From NCBI GenBank assembly GCA_045597945.1, contig JAZLLD010000055.1, forward strand, positions 1,985 through 65,984: a DNA stretch of 64,000 bases. Direction: 5' to 3'. Each line of letters begins with the position of its first letter. Within the stretch, counting starts at the first letter, position 1. Source of the stretch: Bacteroidales bacterium. GTDB taxonomy: Bacteria; Bacteroidota; Bacteroidia; Bacteroidales; P3. Below the pieces are notes generated by a model that saw nothing but the letters and a program-made list of their open reading frames with translations, had not been told where the DNA came from and made no database searches. The position numbers and the translations under genes were made by a program. Shown in pieces: positions 42,576 to 52,452 of this stretch.

Positions 42576-44648
42576 TTATTTCTCCAGACGGATGCGTGCG
42601 TCGACTGCGGTGACGTAGCGAGGATTGCCGAGGAGAGGATTGAGATCCATCTCAGCAATTTCGGGAGCAGCCTGAACGAGGGCGCTCACGCGGGCAATCT
42701 GGTCGGCATACATGTCGATATTGACAGCTTCCTGACCACGAACACCTTCAAGAATCTTATAACCACGCAGTTTGGTGAGCATCTCCTTAGCTTCGGCAGC
42801 AGTGATGGGAGCCAGAGCGCTCTGGACATCCTTCAGCACCTCGATGAAGATACCGCCAAGACCGAAGAAGATCTGATGACCGAACTTCTCGTCCTTGATA
42901 GCACCGATGTAGACATCAGTACCGTCAAGCATGGGATACATCTCAACAGCATAGGTCTCGGGGATGACAATCAGGCGGTCGAATTCCTTGGCAACAGTAT
43001 CAAGGTCTTTAACGCCGAGGGTTACACCACCCACATCGCTCTTGTGAAGAGGACCGACAACTTTCATAACCAGGGGCACATCCTTGGAGCAGCCAACTTC
43101 CTTAGCGAAAGCGAGAGCGTCTTCCTTCTTGGAAACCTCCACGGATTTCTTACGGCTGATACCTGCAGCATCAAGGAGCTCGTTGTAGTCGGCAATCTCC
43201 ATGTAGCCGCTCTTGCAGCGGTCGACAGTAGCGCGGATGCGAGCAACATCGATAGCGGGCTGCTCAACATTCTCGGGCTGAGGCTTGGGAGTGTTGTAAA
43301 CCTTGCAGATAGCGTTACCCAGCACGCACTCCTCGGGGAAGTTGATGCGGCCGCCAGCAATAAACTCTTCGATTTCATCCTTCACATTGATGATGGAGGG
43401 AAGCACGGGGAAGATAGGTTTCTTGCAAGTCTTCATCTTCTCGTCGAGAAGCTTGTAGACCTCGCGGTTGGAGAACAGTCCGGGAGAACCGAAGATAACG
43501 ACGGAGAAGTCAATCTCATCGTATTCATTCTCAACAGTATCAATGATATAACCAAGCTGCTCGGCAGTACCGGTAGCGAGGAAGTCGATGGGGTTACCCA
43601 CAGAGGAACCGCCAAAAAGCTTGCTCAGCAGAGCGGGGCTGGCAGGATGGTCTTTCAGGCTGGGAACTTCCATGCCACCATTTGAGAGAACGTCGGTCAG
43701 CATAACGGCGGGACCACCAGCGTGGGTGATGACGGCGCAACGCTTGCCCTTCAGCTCGGGGTGCATGAAAACGGAACATACGGTGGTGAGTTCCTGACGG
43801 TTCTGGCAGCGAACGATACCAGCTTTACGGAACAATGCGTCAACAGCTGCATCATTGGTGGCCAAAGCACCAGTGTGGCTGGAAGCGGCGCGGCTACCTG
43901 CTGCGGAACCGCCCGACTTGATAGCAGCGATGTGGCAACCCTTGTTGATGAGGCTGCGGCTGTGCTTGAGCAGACGCTGAGGATCGCCAATCTTTTCCAT
44001 GTAAAGCATGATAACATGGCTTGAAGTCTCAGGATTGAAAGTAACATCGAGGTGTTCGAGCACATCTTCAATACCCAGCTGAGCGCTATTACCGACAGCC
44101 CAAACGCTGTTGAATTTCAAACCGTTGCTCATGCCGTACTCCTTGATGAACACGGCGGTAGCACCAGAACCGGTGATAAAATCAACACCCTTAGGATCCA
44201 GAGAAGGAATGGGAGTGTCGAAGCAACCGGCATAGTTGGTGTTGAGGAAGCCGGTGCAGTTGGGGCCGATCAGAGAGCCGCCCACAGCGTTGATAGCCTC
44301 TACGATATGCTTCTCGATAGCAGCACCTTCGGCATTCTCCTCGGAGAAACCGGCGCTGACAATGATGAAGCCCTTAGTGCCCTTCTGCTGGGTGAGAACG
44401 TCAACAGTCTGAGCGCAGAATTTAGCTGCGATGCAAAGGATAGCGCAGTCAACCTGAGGAAGTTCCTCAACTTTGGCATAGCATTTCACGCCCTGAACCT
44501 CAGACTCTTTGGGGTTCACAGCATAGACCTGGCCCTTGAAGTTGCTCTCAAGCAAATTCTTCAAAGCCTTTCCGCCAGGCTTATGGATATCGGAAGAAGC
44601 ACCGCAGATGACAATGCTTTTAGGATTCAAAAGTTCGTTACAAATCAT
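42576..44648 (-). CDS. ADP-forming acetyl-CoA synthetase family protein (CoA-binding + ATP-grasp fusion)
   Basis: 690 aa. N-terminal CoA-binding/succinyl-CoA-synthetase-like GPNCTG and SHTGALA motifs. C-terminal ATP-grasp. Confidence 0.85.
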   Translation of the reverse strand: MICNELLNPKSIVICGASSDIHKPGGKALKNLLESNFKGQVYAVNPKESEVQGVKCYAKVEELPQVDCAILCIAAKFCAQTVDVLTQQKGTKGFIIVSAGFSEENAEGAAIEKHIVEAINAVGGSLIGPNCTGFLNTNYAGCFDTPIPSLDPKGVDFITGSGATAVFIKEYGMSNGLKFNSVWAVGNSAQLGIEDVLEHLDVTFNPETSSHVIMLYMEKIGDPQRLLKHSRSLINKGCHIAAIKSGGSAAGSRAASSHTGALATNDAAVDALFRKAGIVRCQNRQELTTVCSVFMHPELKGKRCAVITHAGGPAVMLTDVLSNGGMEVPSLKDHPASPALLSKLFGGSSVGNPIDFLATGTAEQLGYIIDTVENEYDEIDFSVVIFGSPGLFSNREVYKLLDEKMKTCKKPIFPVLPSIINVKDEIEEFIAGGRINFPEECVLGNAICKVYNTPKPQPENVEQPAIDVARIRATVDRCKSGYMEIADYNELLDAAGISRKKSVEVSKKEDALAFAKEVGCSKDVPLVMKVVGPLHKSDVGGVTLGVKDLDTVAKEFDRLIVIPETYAVEMYPMLDGTDVYIGAIKDEKFGHQIFFGLGGIFIEVLKDVQSALAPITAAEAKEMLTKLRGYKILEGVRGQEAVNIDMYADQIARVSALVQAAPEIAEMDLNPLLGNPRYVTAVDARIRLEK

Positions 44649-44720
44649 GATAGCTTATGTTTAGTAATTGAAGGAGTTGATGTGACTAGAAATTAGCCAC
44701 ATCAACTTCAAAATAGTTTA

Positions 44721-46175
44721 TTATTTCATTTCAGGCATAGCGGCCAGGGCAGCAACAAGATACTCGAAGAATTTCTCGCAGCTTGCAATGTTGGCACGCT
44801 CATCGGGGCTGTGAGGGCTGTTCAGGGTGGGACCGAAAGAAATCATCTCCATCTCGGGATATTTGCCACCGAGCGGACCGCACTCAAGACCGGCATGGAT
44901 AGCCATGACCTGAGGATCTTTGCCATAAAGTTTCTGATATGTCTCGCGCATGCTCTTCAGCAGGCCACTCTGCATGTTGGGCTTCCAGCCGGGATAAGCA
45001 CCGCTGAGGAAGCACTTGCCGCCGCACATCTCGGCCAGGCAGACCAAACGCTCAGCCAGGGCATCCTTGGCGGAATCCACGCTGGAACGCAGAAGAGCCT
45101 TGACGGTGAAGGACTTAGGAGTGGTCTTGCAGATAGCCAGGTTGAGAGAAGTCTCAACAAGACCTTCCATATCGTTGCTCATGCGCTGAACGCCGTTAGG
45201 AGCAACCATCATCATATTGATAATCTTCTTGGTGTCGGCCTCGCACATCACATTGCGGGTAATGCGAACGTTCTCAACACTGTAGCGGAAATCTGGTTCA
45301 ACAGTAGCGATTTCTTTCTTCTCCCAATTGTAGACCTTCTCCAACAGCTTCAGCACGCGATCTTTCTTGGCCTTAGGCATAGCGATAACGGCCTCGGCGT
45401 CGCGGGGAATAGCGTTGCGCATATTGCCACCCTCGATGCTGATGATGCGGATACCGCAGTCAACAACCCAACGCAGCATGCGGAACATCAGCTTGTTAGC
45501 ATTAGTGCGGCCGGTGTTGATCTCCGTACCGCTGTGACCACCCTTCAAGCCGCCAATAGTCAGCTTAACAGCGCAATAGTCCTTGGGAGTGGGCTCGGTG
45601 GTGTAAGGAATCTGCATGGTAGCGTCGATACCACCAGCGCAGCCAACATAAAGCTCGCCCTCAGTCTCGCTGTCGAGGTTGAGGAGATATTTGCCTTTAA
45701 GTTCGTTGGGTTTCAGACCGAAAGCACCAGTCATGCCGGTTTCCTCGTCGGTGGTGATGAGAACCTCCAGAGGACCGTGCTTGATGGTCTTGCTCTCCAA
45801 AACAGCCATTGCGGCAGCAACGCCAAGGCCGTTATCGGCACCCAGGGTAGTATCGCAAGCATACACCCAACCATCAACAATCTTAGTCTCGATAGGCATG
45901 GTTTGGAAATCGAATTCCTTGCCGGCGCGAGCCTGGGGCACCATATCCATGTGAGCCTGCAGCACTACGGGGCAGAGCTTTTCCATACCCTTGGTGGCGG
46001 GTTTGGACATAATCACATTGCCAACACCATCGACTCGGCAGTCAATTTTATGTTCGGCAGCCCACTTCACGAGAAACTCGCGAACAACCTCTTCATGCTT
46101 GGAAGGACGAGGGCACTGAGTGAGAGAATAGAAGTTTCCCCACAGTTCTTTTGGTTCTAAATCTTTAATAGTCAT
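44721..46175 (-). CDS. pepD: aminoacyl-histidine (Xaa-His) dipeptidase
   Basis: 484 aa. LQAHMDMV, DNGLGVA and TDEETGMTGA motifs of M20C PepD. Confidence 0.9.
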   Translation of the reverse strand: MTIKDLEPKELWGNFYSLTQCPRPSKHEEVVREFLVKWAAEHKIDCRVDGVGNVIMSKPATKGMEKLCPVVLQAHMDMVPQARAGKEFDFQTMPIETKIVDGWVYACDTTLGADNGLGVAAAMAVLESKTIKHGPLEVLITTDEETGMTGAFGLKPNELKGKYLLNLDSETEGELYVGCAGGIDATMQIPYTTEPTPKDYCAVKLTIGGLKGGHSGTEINTGRTNANKLMFRMLRWVVDCGIRIISIEGGNMRNAIPRDAEAVIAMPKAKKDRVLKLLEKVYNWEKKEIATVEPDFRYSVENVRITRNVMCEADTKKIINMMMVAPNGVQRMSNDMEGLVETSLNLAICKTTPKSFTVKALLRSSVDSAKDALAERLVCLAEMCGGKCFLSGAYPGWKPNMQSGLLKSMRETYQKLYGKDPQVMAIHAGLECGPLGGKYPEMEMISFGPTLNSPHSPDERANIASCEKFFEYLVAALAAMPEMK

Positions 46176-46410
46176 AGTGATATTATATTTTATGATTTAT
46201 TTTCCTTTCTGCGAAGATACGAATTTTTTTTGAATTAATAAAAATAAATATTGAATTTATTATAAATTGCAAATTTTCGGCCTTCTCCCCCACTCCTATT
46301 TCCGACCTCAAGCACCGGCCAAAAAGCCAATTCTCAAGCCAAAATTCAAGGCACCGAAAAACCGCCCAACACCCCGTGAAACATCGCCCGACGGCCGTTC
46401 CTCAGAGCGA

Positions 46411-46454
46411 AGCCACAGCGGAGCTACTACGGCGTTACAGCGGAGCCACTGTTT
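46411..46454. repeat. degenerate 11-bp tandem units
   Basis: Units agccacagcgg / agctactacgg / cgttacagcgg / agccactgttt. Confidence 0.5.
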
Positions 46455-46634
46455 TCTCTCCCAACATCCACTTTAGCCTTCCGGCTCAGAAGCCTTGCCT
46501 CGCCCAGAATTCCATTCCCTCCATTCATCTCTTTCCCCCAAAATCACCCCCTCTCCTCCCCTATTTTAAACAACCTTCCACATGCACCCTGTTCTCAAAA
46601 CAGAAGGCATGTGGAAAGATTTGTAGTAGGCCAA

Positions 46635-48302
46635 CTAGTTAAGAATAACCGTGTTGCCTTTGGGATAGCGAACCGTGTAGGAGAACGTCACCACGCGCTC
46701 CTCGCGGGGCTCGAGCTTCAGATTCCAGCGAATGATGCCTGTGTTGGAATCCAGATCACCATTTGCAGTTTGGATGTTCAGCACGCGGATGTCCACATTC
46801 TTGGACACCGGCACCTGGTCTTTCATCGAAATATCTATAGCCTCGGACTTAGTGTTCTTGATGGTCAGCTTCACGTTAACCACCTCTTCCACCTCCTTGC
46901 CAAACAGTCCGTTACGGTCGGGGGTGGTGCGAGTTACGCGGCGCGACACCTTCACATTGGGATCTTCGCCCACGGCAAAGCGCATCGTGTCACCCATGCC
47001 TGCAGTGCGGATGGCCGACTGCGACACATATTTGTCATTCAAGTACACATTGCAGCCCACTTCCAGCAGCCCCAGGTCCTCCCAGTTGGGCAGCATGGCG
47101 GTGTAGTGCACCTTCTCCTCATTCTTGGGAGTAGCAAAACGTGCGAAGGTAGCATTCGTGGTGTCGGACAAAAGCATCATCATCTGTGCTGGATTGCCGG
47201 ACGCAATGGTTTGGCGGGTGTTAAGTACAAAGTCGCGACTCAGGGTGAGATTCTGCGAGGACGAAGGCATAGCCACATCAGCCATGATGTATCCAATCTC
47301 GCTATTCATGGAACGATCTTCCTCGGCCACTTCTTTGCGTGAGGCCTCATAAGCGTTGGTCATATATTTGGCTCTCGTATTGACTGGAACTGCCGGCGTA
47401 TTGCTAACAAAATCAAGGTAGTAGGTCGGCAGCACACGGTCGTAGCCCGCATGTCCGGCCTCAGAGGTGGCAAACACAATCTCGCAGTCGCGCCAATGCT
47501 CGCCAGTGTTCTGAGCCACATTGCTTTTCAAGCAGAAAACGGCACGGTGGGCAGCCTCGTCCAACTGCACATCGTAGAAGTAGTTGCTAGACGAGTTAGA
47601 GACATGATAGGAATATTTGATCTTGGCCGAGTTGACATTTTCTTTTGACCAGATACTCACCTCGATTTCCTGCTGGTTGGGATAGAATGTGCGTCCGCCA
47701 GTGTACTGGCTTACAATCTTGTCAATCTCTTCCTGCGTCGACTGCAGCTGATATCTGTATTCCTCATTTTCCTTTCTTGCCTTGGCCAGCGCGGCATTGA
47801 TGCTCTTGGCCTCCTTGCACTGGAAATCAAACTGCATCTTAATGCGTTCCACGGTGTCGTACGACACCGTGTTGCGCACAGCCTTCAACTCATAGAGAGC
47901 CGCATGCTGCTGCGTGAGGTAAGAAATCACATCATCATTATTGGTAATCTTCAAGTTCAGCTCGCCAATCTTGTTCTCCAACGCCTGATACTGCGTATAT
48001 GCAGCCGCGGGCAGCAGTCTACCCATAGCCACACTTGCCGGCAGGTTGCACTGCTTCATATTTGAGGAACTGATGAACCACTTGGGCGACGACGAGAACT
48101 GCAGCGTTCCGCCATCAATCCACACAGCGTTGCCGGTGATAACGAATTTGTTCTCACCTTTCTGCAGATGAACCGTCACGCACTTCTCCACCAACGCGCC
48201 GTTGGGGAAAATAGTCACGCGCTCAATCTTACCATTCACCGTGGTCTGGCCCATGGCACTCACAGCCCACAATGCCAGCAACGTAGCAAAAACCTTTTTC
48301 AT
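46635..48302 (-). CDS. DUF4139/DUF4140 (MuiA-like) secreted protein
   Basis: 555 aa with a signal peptide. N-terminal ...IERVTIFPNGALVEKCVTVHLQKGENKFVITG pattern typical of DUF4140. Confidence 0.6.
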   Translation of the reverse strand: MKKVFATLLALWAVSAMGQTTVNGKIERVTIFPNGALVEKCVTVHLQKGENKFVITGNAVWIDGGTLQFSSSPKWFISSSNMKQCNLPASVAMGRLLPAAAYTQYQALENKIGELNLKITNNDDVISYLTQQHAALYELKAVRNTVSYDTVERIKMQFDFQCKEAKSINAALAKARKENEEYRYQLQSTQEEIDKIVSQYTGGRTFYPNQQEIEVSIWSKENVNSAKIKYSYHVSNSSSNYFYDVQLDEAAHRAVFCLKSNVAQNTGEHWRDCEIVFATSEAGHAGYDRVLPTYYLDFVSNTPAVPVNTRAKYMTNAYEASRKEVAEEDRSMNSEIGYIMADVAMPSSSQNLTLSRDFVLNTRQTIASGNPAQMMMLLSDTTNATFARFATPKNEEKVHYTAMLPNWEDLGLLEVGCNVYLNDKYVSQSAIRTAGMGDTMRFAVGEDPNVKVSRRVTRTTPDRNGLFGKEVEEVVNVKLTIKNTKSEAIDISMKDQVPVSKNVDIRVLNIQTANGDLDSNTGIIRWNLKLEPREERVVTFSYTVRYPKGNTVILN

Positions 48303-48307
48303 ACTTA

Positions 48308-49432
48308 TCAGATTTTAATCAATTCATATTCGCGAGTGCCGAGGCCAAGCTTCACCGCGTGGTCCAGTCCGGCAGCCCAGTCGGTGTCGGGGTGCACCAT
48401 GTGGAACACATCGTGCCCCTCATGTTCATGGCAATGGCAGTGCTCATGACCCTTGTCGGCAGCGCTGCCCGGCACAATAGGCTGGGCGTTGCAAGCATCC
48501 ACGCAAGCCTGGTCCATGGCCACGGGGTCGAAAGAGGCGAACATGCCAACATTCGGAATCACAGGCACATCGTTGTGGCCTTCGCAGTCGCATTCGGGCG
48601 ACACATCCACCACCATGCTCACATGGAAATTGGGCTTGCCCTGCAGCACAGCCTTCGTATACTCGGCCACCTTGCGGTTCATCACCGGCTTGGCCTCGTC
48701 CCACTTAGTCATGATAGCACCCTTGGGGCAATAAGCAATGCAGTAGCCGCAACCCACGCAATGGTCTTCATCAATCACAGCTTTTTTGTCAACAATATGA
48801 ACGCCGTTGTTGTTGCAGTTCTTCACGCACATGCCGCAACCCACGCACTTGCTGGCGCTGATATGGGGCGTTCCGCTAGAGTGCATCTCCATCTTGCCAG
48901 CCTTCGAGCCGCAACCCATGCCGATGTTCTTCAGCGCACCGCCGAAACCTGCCACCACATGACCCTTGAAATGCGACAACGAGATGATAATGTCGGCCTC
49001 GGCAATAGCCGCGCCAATCTTAGGTGCGGGGCAATATTCGGCATCTTCCACCGGGATGGCGCGCTCGTCGGTGCCACGCAGACCATCAGCAATAATCGTA
49101 TGCACACCCGTTGCAAGAGGGTTATAACCATTGATATAGGCCGCATCCAGGTGATTGAGCGCATTGTTGCGATAACCAACATACAGTGTGTTGCAGTCGG
49201 TCAGGAAAGGCTTGCCACCACGCTGCTTGATGTGGTCGCACAGCACCTTGGCATACTGCTGGCGGAGGAAAGCCATGTTGCCAACCTCGCCGAAATGGAT
49301 CTTCACGGCCACAAACTTATCAGTAAAATCAATCTCATCAATACCAGCCTTGGTAATCAGACGGTCAAACTTGGACAACAGACTCTCGCCAGTTCTCACA
49401 TGCATATCAGTAAAATAAACCTTGCTACTCAT
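48308..49432 (-). CDS. DUF362-family iron-sulfur protein
   Basis: Start trimmed to the ATG at 49432 (MSSKVYFTD) because the listed start overlaps the TAtcTTTG box at 49457-49464. Two CxxCxxCxxxC ferredoxin motifs. His/Cys-rich segment HEHCHCHEHEGH. Confidence 0.75.
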   Translation of the reverse strand: MSSKVYFTDMHVRTGESLLSKFDRLITKAGIDEIDFTDKFVAVKIHFGEVGNMAFLRQQYAKVLCDHIKQRGGKPFLTDCNTLYVGYRNNALNHLDAAYINGYNPLATGVHTIIADGLRGTDERAIPVEDAEYCPAPKIGAAIAEADIIISLSHFKGHVVAGFGGALKNIGMGCGSKAGKMEMHSSGTPHISASKCVGCGMCVKNCNNNGVHIVDKKAVIDEDHCVGCGYCIAYCPKGAIMTKWDEAKPVMNRKVAEYTKAVLQGKPNFHVSMVVDVSPECDCEGHNDVPVIPNVGMFASFDPVAMDQACVDACNAQPIVPGSAADKGHEHCHCHEHEGHDVFHMVHPDTDWAAGLDHAVKLGLGTREYELIKI

Positions 49433-49542
49433 AATATATATTATATTTTGAAAATGCAAAGATACGAAAATTGAATGATATATAAAAAAATATTTTCACA
49501 ACCCACCATCCTCAGCCACCACATCAGCAACACAAACAAATA

Positions 49543-50472
49543 TCAATCATACATTTGCGCAGCATTTATCAAACCGTTTTTCACCTCGTTCGCAAGCGAT
49601 TGCGGCTTCACCACCTTCAAGAATCGCCCACAACTCAGGATATAAGCCACCAAGTCGCGCGTAGGTCTCATGCGGTATTCAAAATCCACCCAGTCCTCGC
49701 CCTCGCCGCACACACGTTGGCTATGATGGATTGGCAAATCTCGCAGGTAGAAACGTTGCGACTCATAGGCTCGCAACACAATGCGCTGCGGCTTCAAATC
49801 AGTGTTCACCACCACGCCGTAGCTGTCGGCAAAGAATGCCTCGGCATCAAACCCCTCATCCACACTAAACTTCTCATCCGTAAGCCTATACGCCATTATT
49901 CTGTCAAACGAAAACAACGTCAGCCAATCTTTCTCTCCCCGCCGCTCGGTAGCATCGCGGTGCAGCAAGCCAAGCACATACCATCGATGTTTGAAGAGCT
50001 TGAGACAATAAGGCGCAATCACAAACTCGCGACTCTCCTTAGAGCCGTATTTCCGGTGCGAAATGGCCATCTTCACCCCTTGCCGCATGGCCTCAATCAC
50101 AGTCTTCAGCAAGTCGCCCTCCACCGGAGCCGACTCCATCAAGATGCGGTCTTGCAGACTCAGACTATCCGCCACCACATTGTTCACACTAATTGTAGAG
50201 AGCATCCAGTTCTGCACCGAGTCGTCGCGCAACACCTCGGGATTGGCAATATAATAAACATAACCGTCCCTCACATCGCACTCAATCACAATGCCAAAAA
50301 TCTCCTCAATGGCAGCCTTGTGGCGGTTGAAAGTGATGCGCGAAAGCTCCACGCCCTCGCTCAACTCGCAATCCAGCCACTTAGCATTGATATCAGCCAG
50401 CGAAATCCGCCCCGCCCGCCGAATCACATCCACCAACCAAATAAACTCCCTAAACTTAGCGTAATACTTCAT
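49543..50472 (-). CDS. WYL-domain protein (wHTH-WYL regulator)
   Basis: 309 aa. N-terminal wHTH-like region. KHRWYVLG WYL-type motif. ATG lies 3 nt after the upstream stop. Confidence 0.65.
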   Translation of the reverse strand: MKYYAKFREFIWLVDVIRRAGRISLADINAKWLDCELSEGVELSRITFNRHKAAIEEIFGIVIECDVRDGYVYYIANPEVLRDDSVQNWMLSTISVNNVVADSLSLQDRILMESAPVEGDLLKTVIEAMRQGVKMAISHRKYGSKESREFVIAPYCLKLFKHRWYVLGLLHRDATERRGEKDWLTLFSFDRIMAYRLTDEKFSVDEGFDAEAFFADSYGVVVNTDLKPQRIVLRAYESQRFYLRDLPIHHSQRVCGEGEDWVDFEYRMRPTRDLVAYILSCGRFLKVVKPQSLANEVKNGLINAAQMYD

Positions 50473-50475
50473 ATA

Positions 50476-52452
50476 CTATTTCTTGTCTGTTGCTAAAGAC
50501 TTCAAAGCACTTCCCGAACCATCATAAGTTGCTTCAATAAAAGCCTTTGTAAATACATCATGTTCATTGATATTATCAATTGACCATGTTTCATATTTTG
50601 AATACACATATAGCATTTTCAAACTCTCCACATGTCCTTTGTCTACACCAGACGAATATCGCTCCATAACCGCCCGCTTAACCTCAAAACAAGAATTTGT
50701 CAGTGTGCTGTTTTGTCCGGAAGAAATCATAACCATATTTCCAAGACAATCTCTTTTCTCCTTGTTTTCAGGATGTTCTTCGTCATCCCAGTAGAAACGA
50801 TTTTTGTCGCCAAACTCATCTCTAGGGTGCTGGGGAGCGATATGTTCTATTGATCGATTTCTGCGGAAAATATAATTCTTTACCACGGTAGTTTGCTTAC
50901 CCGAGTAAAACAAATCCCTATTTTCCCACAAATAATAGTCCATTCTCCAGAACCAATATCTGTCAATAGTTTGATACTCCAACTTCCCATCCACCAATTT
51001 CTCTTTAGGATGCCAATTATTATCCAATTCTTTCAATTTGGCAAGATACTCATCAGCAGGCAAATACAACGACTTAGTGGTCTTAACGTGGTCTTCTAAG
51101 TACAAAAACAAGGCAGGCATCCACTCATAATACGTCATGGCCGAAGATGCCGAATACAACATGCTTAAATACATTTTCACACGTTTCTTATTAAACTCTT
51201 CACCTTCATACAATTCAAAAGGATAAGGTTCTTCATCCTCATCATCAATTCGGATAATAAAATAATCCATCAACAACCTGTACAATGCCAAGTCCTTGAC
51301 GAATTGCCCTGCATTCAGATTTCTTTTCTCAAATGCCCATTTGAAAGTGTCTCCCAATTTCCTTACATCAAAAAAATCGGTGACATGCATTTCGTCGGCT
51401 TTTAGAATGTCCAAGATATTATTGCCAATACTATCATCACACAAACACCCATAACTCTTCAAGATGCTTATATACAACACTTGCAACAAAAATTCTGAAA
51501 AGAACAAGGGCGAATGCTCCTCGGTTCTTCTCTTTACTAATTTGAACGGATTGTTTGGATTCGATCCAATCTCACCTATAGACATTGATGTGGTCTGATC
51601 ACTAGTCTCGGCATCATCGGCAACATCTTCATCAACATCAAACTTTGCTTTCCCTCGCTCAAAAGTATTACTAATATCCCCTTTTTCAATAATATCCAAG
51701 ATAGCATTCCTATATCGATTTCGCAACTGAGCCTCCTGCTCACCCTTATGCCTGCGCAACATCATCTTTTCCATTATGCTGACAGAATTCCAAACCTGAG
51801 CGCTTAGTTCTTTTTCCGACTCTATCTTCCGCAAAATCTCAACTTTAAGAATCTCATAATTTTCCAACGATTTTCCCGAGGTGTTCATACGCTCAAAGTA
51901 TGTGTTTAATTCCTGGGCATTATACTCATTAGGCAATTCAGAAAGGAAAAATGTCAGATTGTTAAAGATATAGTCTCCAAAATCTTTCTTAGCATTTTCG
52001 TCGTTCCCCAACTTGCATAGATATGAATCAATGGCATTCAACCCAGCCTCCATTTTATTATTCTTTTCCGCAGGCACTTTCCCATCTATCTTATCCATAA
52101 GATATTTCTCGTCCGCATCACGAGCAATGAAACGCAAACGAGGCCGGTCTCCTACCATCAAAAATCTCTCACCCCATCCAAAATATATTCCCAACAAAAC
52201 CATGGCGGTAAAACGCTGCTGTCCATCAACAAGCTCCACTTCACTGCCTCCATTGCGAATATGAGATGTCAACATTCCGATGTAATATGCCGACTCTCGG
52301 TTGCGAAGATAAGAAGCATGCAGGTCATCCAAAAGTTGTTCTATCTGGTCTTTCCCCCATTCAAACAAACGCTGATATAAAGGAATACTAAAAGTTAGAT
52401 TATCTAACTCACTGATTGACTTTGGTGTGTATTTCTTATTGTTTTTCGACAT
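50476..52452 (-). CDS. GmrSD-like DUF262 + DUF1524 (His-Me finger) protein
   Basis: N-terminal IPLYQRLFEWGKDQIEQLLDDL and LVDGQQRFTAM (DUF262). C-terminal RSIEHIAPQHP ... GNMVMISSGQNSTLTN (DUF1524). Start set at ATG 52452 (MSKNNKK) because the listed start at 52476 is TTG. Confidence 0.85.
   Translation of the reverse strand: MSKNNKKYTPKSISELDNLTFSIPLYQRLFEWGKDQIEQLLDDLHASYLRNRESAYYIGMLTSHIRNGGSEVELVDGQQRFTAMVLLGIYFGWGERFLMVGDRPRLRFIARDADEKYLMDKIDGKVPAEKNNKMEAGLNAIDSYLCKLGNDENAKKDFGDYIFNNLTFFLSELPNEYNAQELNTYFERMNTSGKSLENYEILKVEILRKIESEKELSAQVWNSVSIMEKMMLRRHKGEQEAQLRNRYRNAILDIIEKGDISNTFERGKAKFDVDEDVADDAETSDQTTSMSIGEIGSNPNNPFKLVKRRTEEHSPLFFSEFLLQVLYISILKSYGCLCDDSIGNNILDILKADEMHVTDFFDVRKLGDTFKWAFEKRNLNAGQFVKDLALYRLLMDYFIIRIDDEDEEPYPFELYEGEEFNKKRVKMYLSMLYSASSAMTYYEWMPALFLYLEDHVKTTKSLYLPADEYLAKLKELDNNWHPKEKLVDGKLEYQTIDRYWFWRMDYYLWENRDLFYSGKQTTVVKNYIFRRNRSIEHIAPQHPRDEFGDKNRFYWDDEEHPENKEKRDCLGNMVMISSGQNSTLTNSCFEVKRAVMERYSSGVDKGHVESLKMLYVYSKYETWSIDNINEHDVFTKAFIEATYDGSGSALKSLATDKK

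Noticed and set aside
44675-44712. Hairpin gttgatgtg...cacatcaac between pepD and the acetyl-CoA synthetase gene, considered as a terminator.
   Set aside because: There is no T-run on the minus strand after the stem. It may attenuate or be a word-repeat relative, but I cannot support a terminator call.
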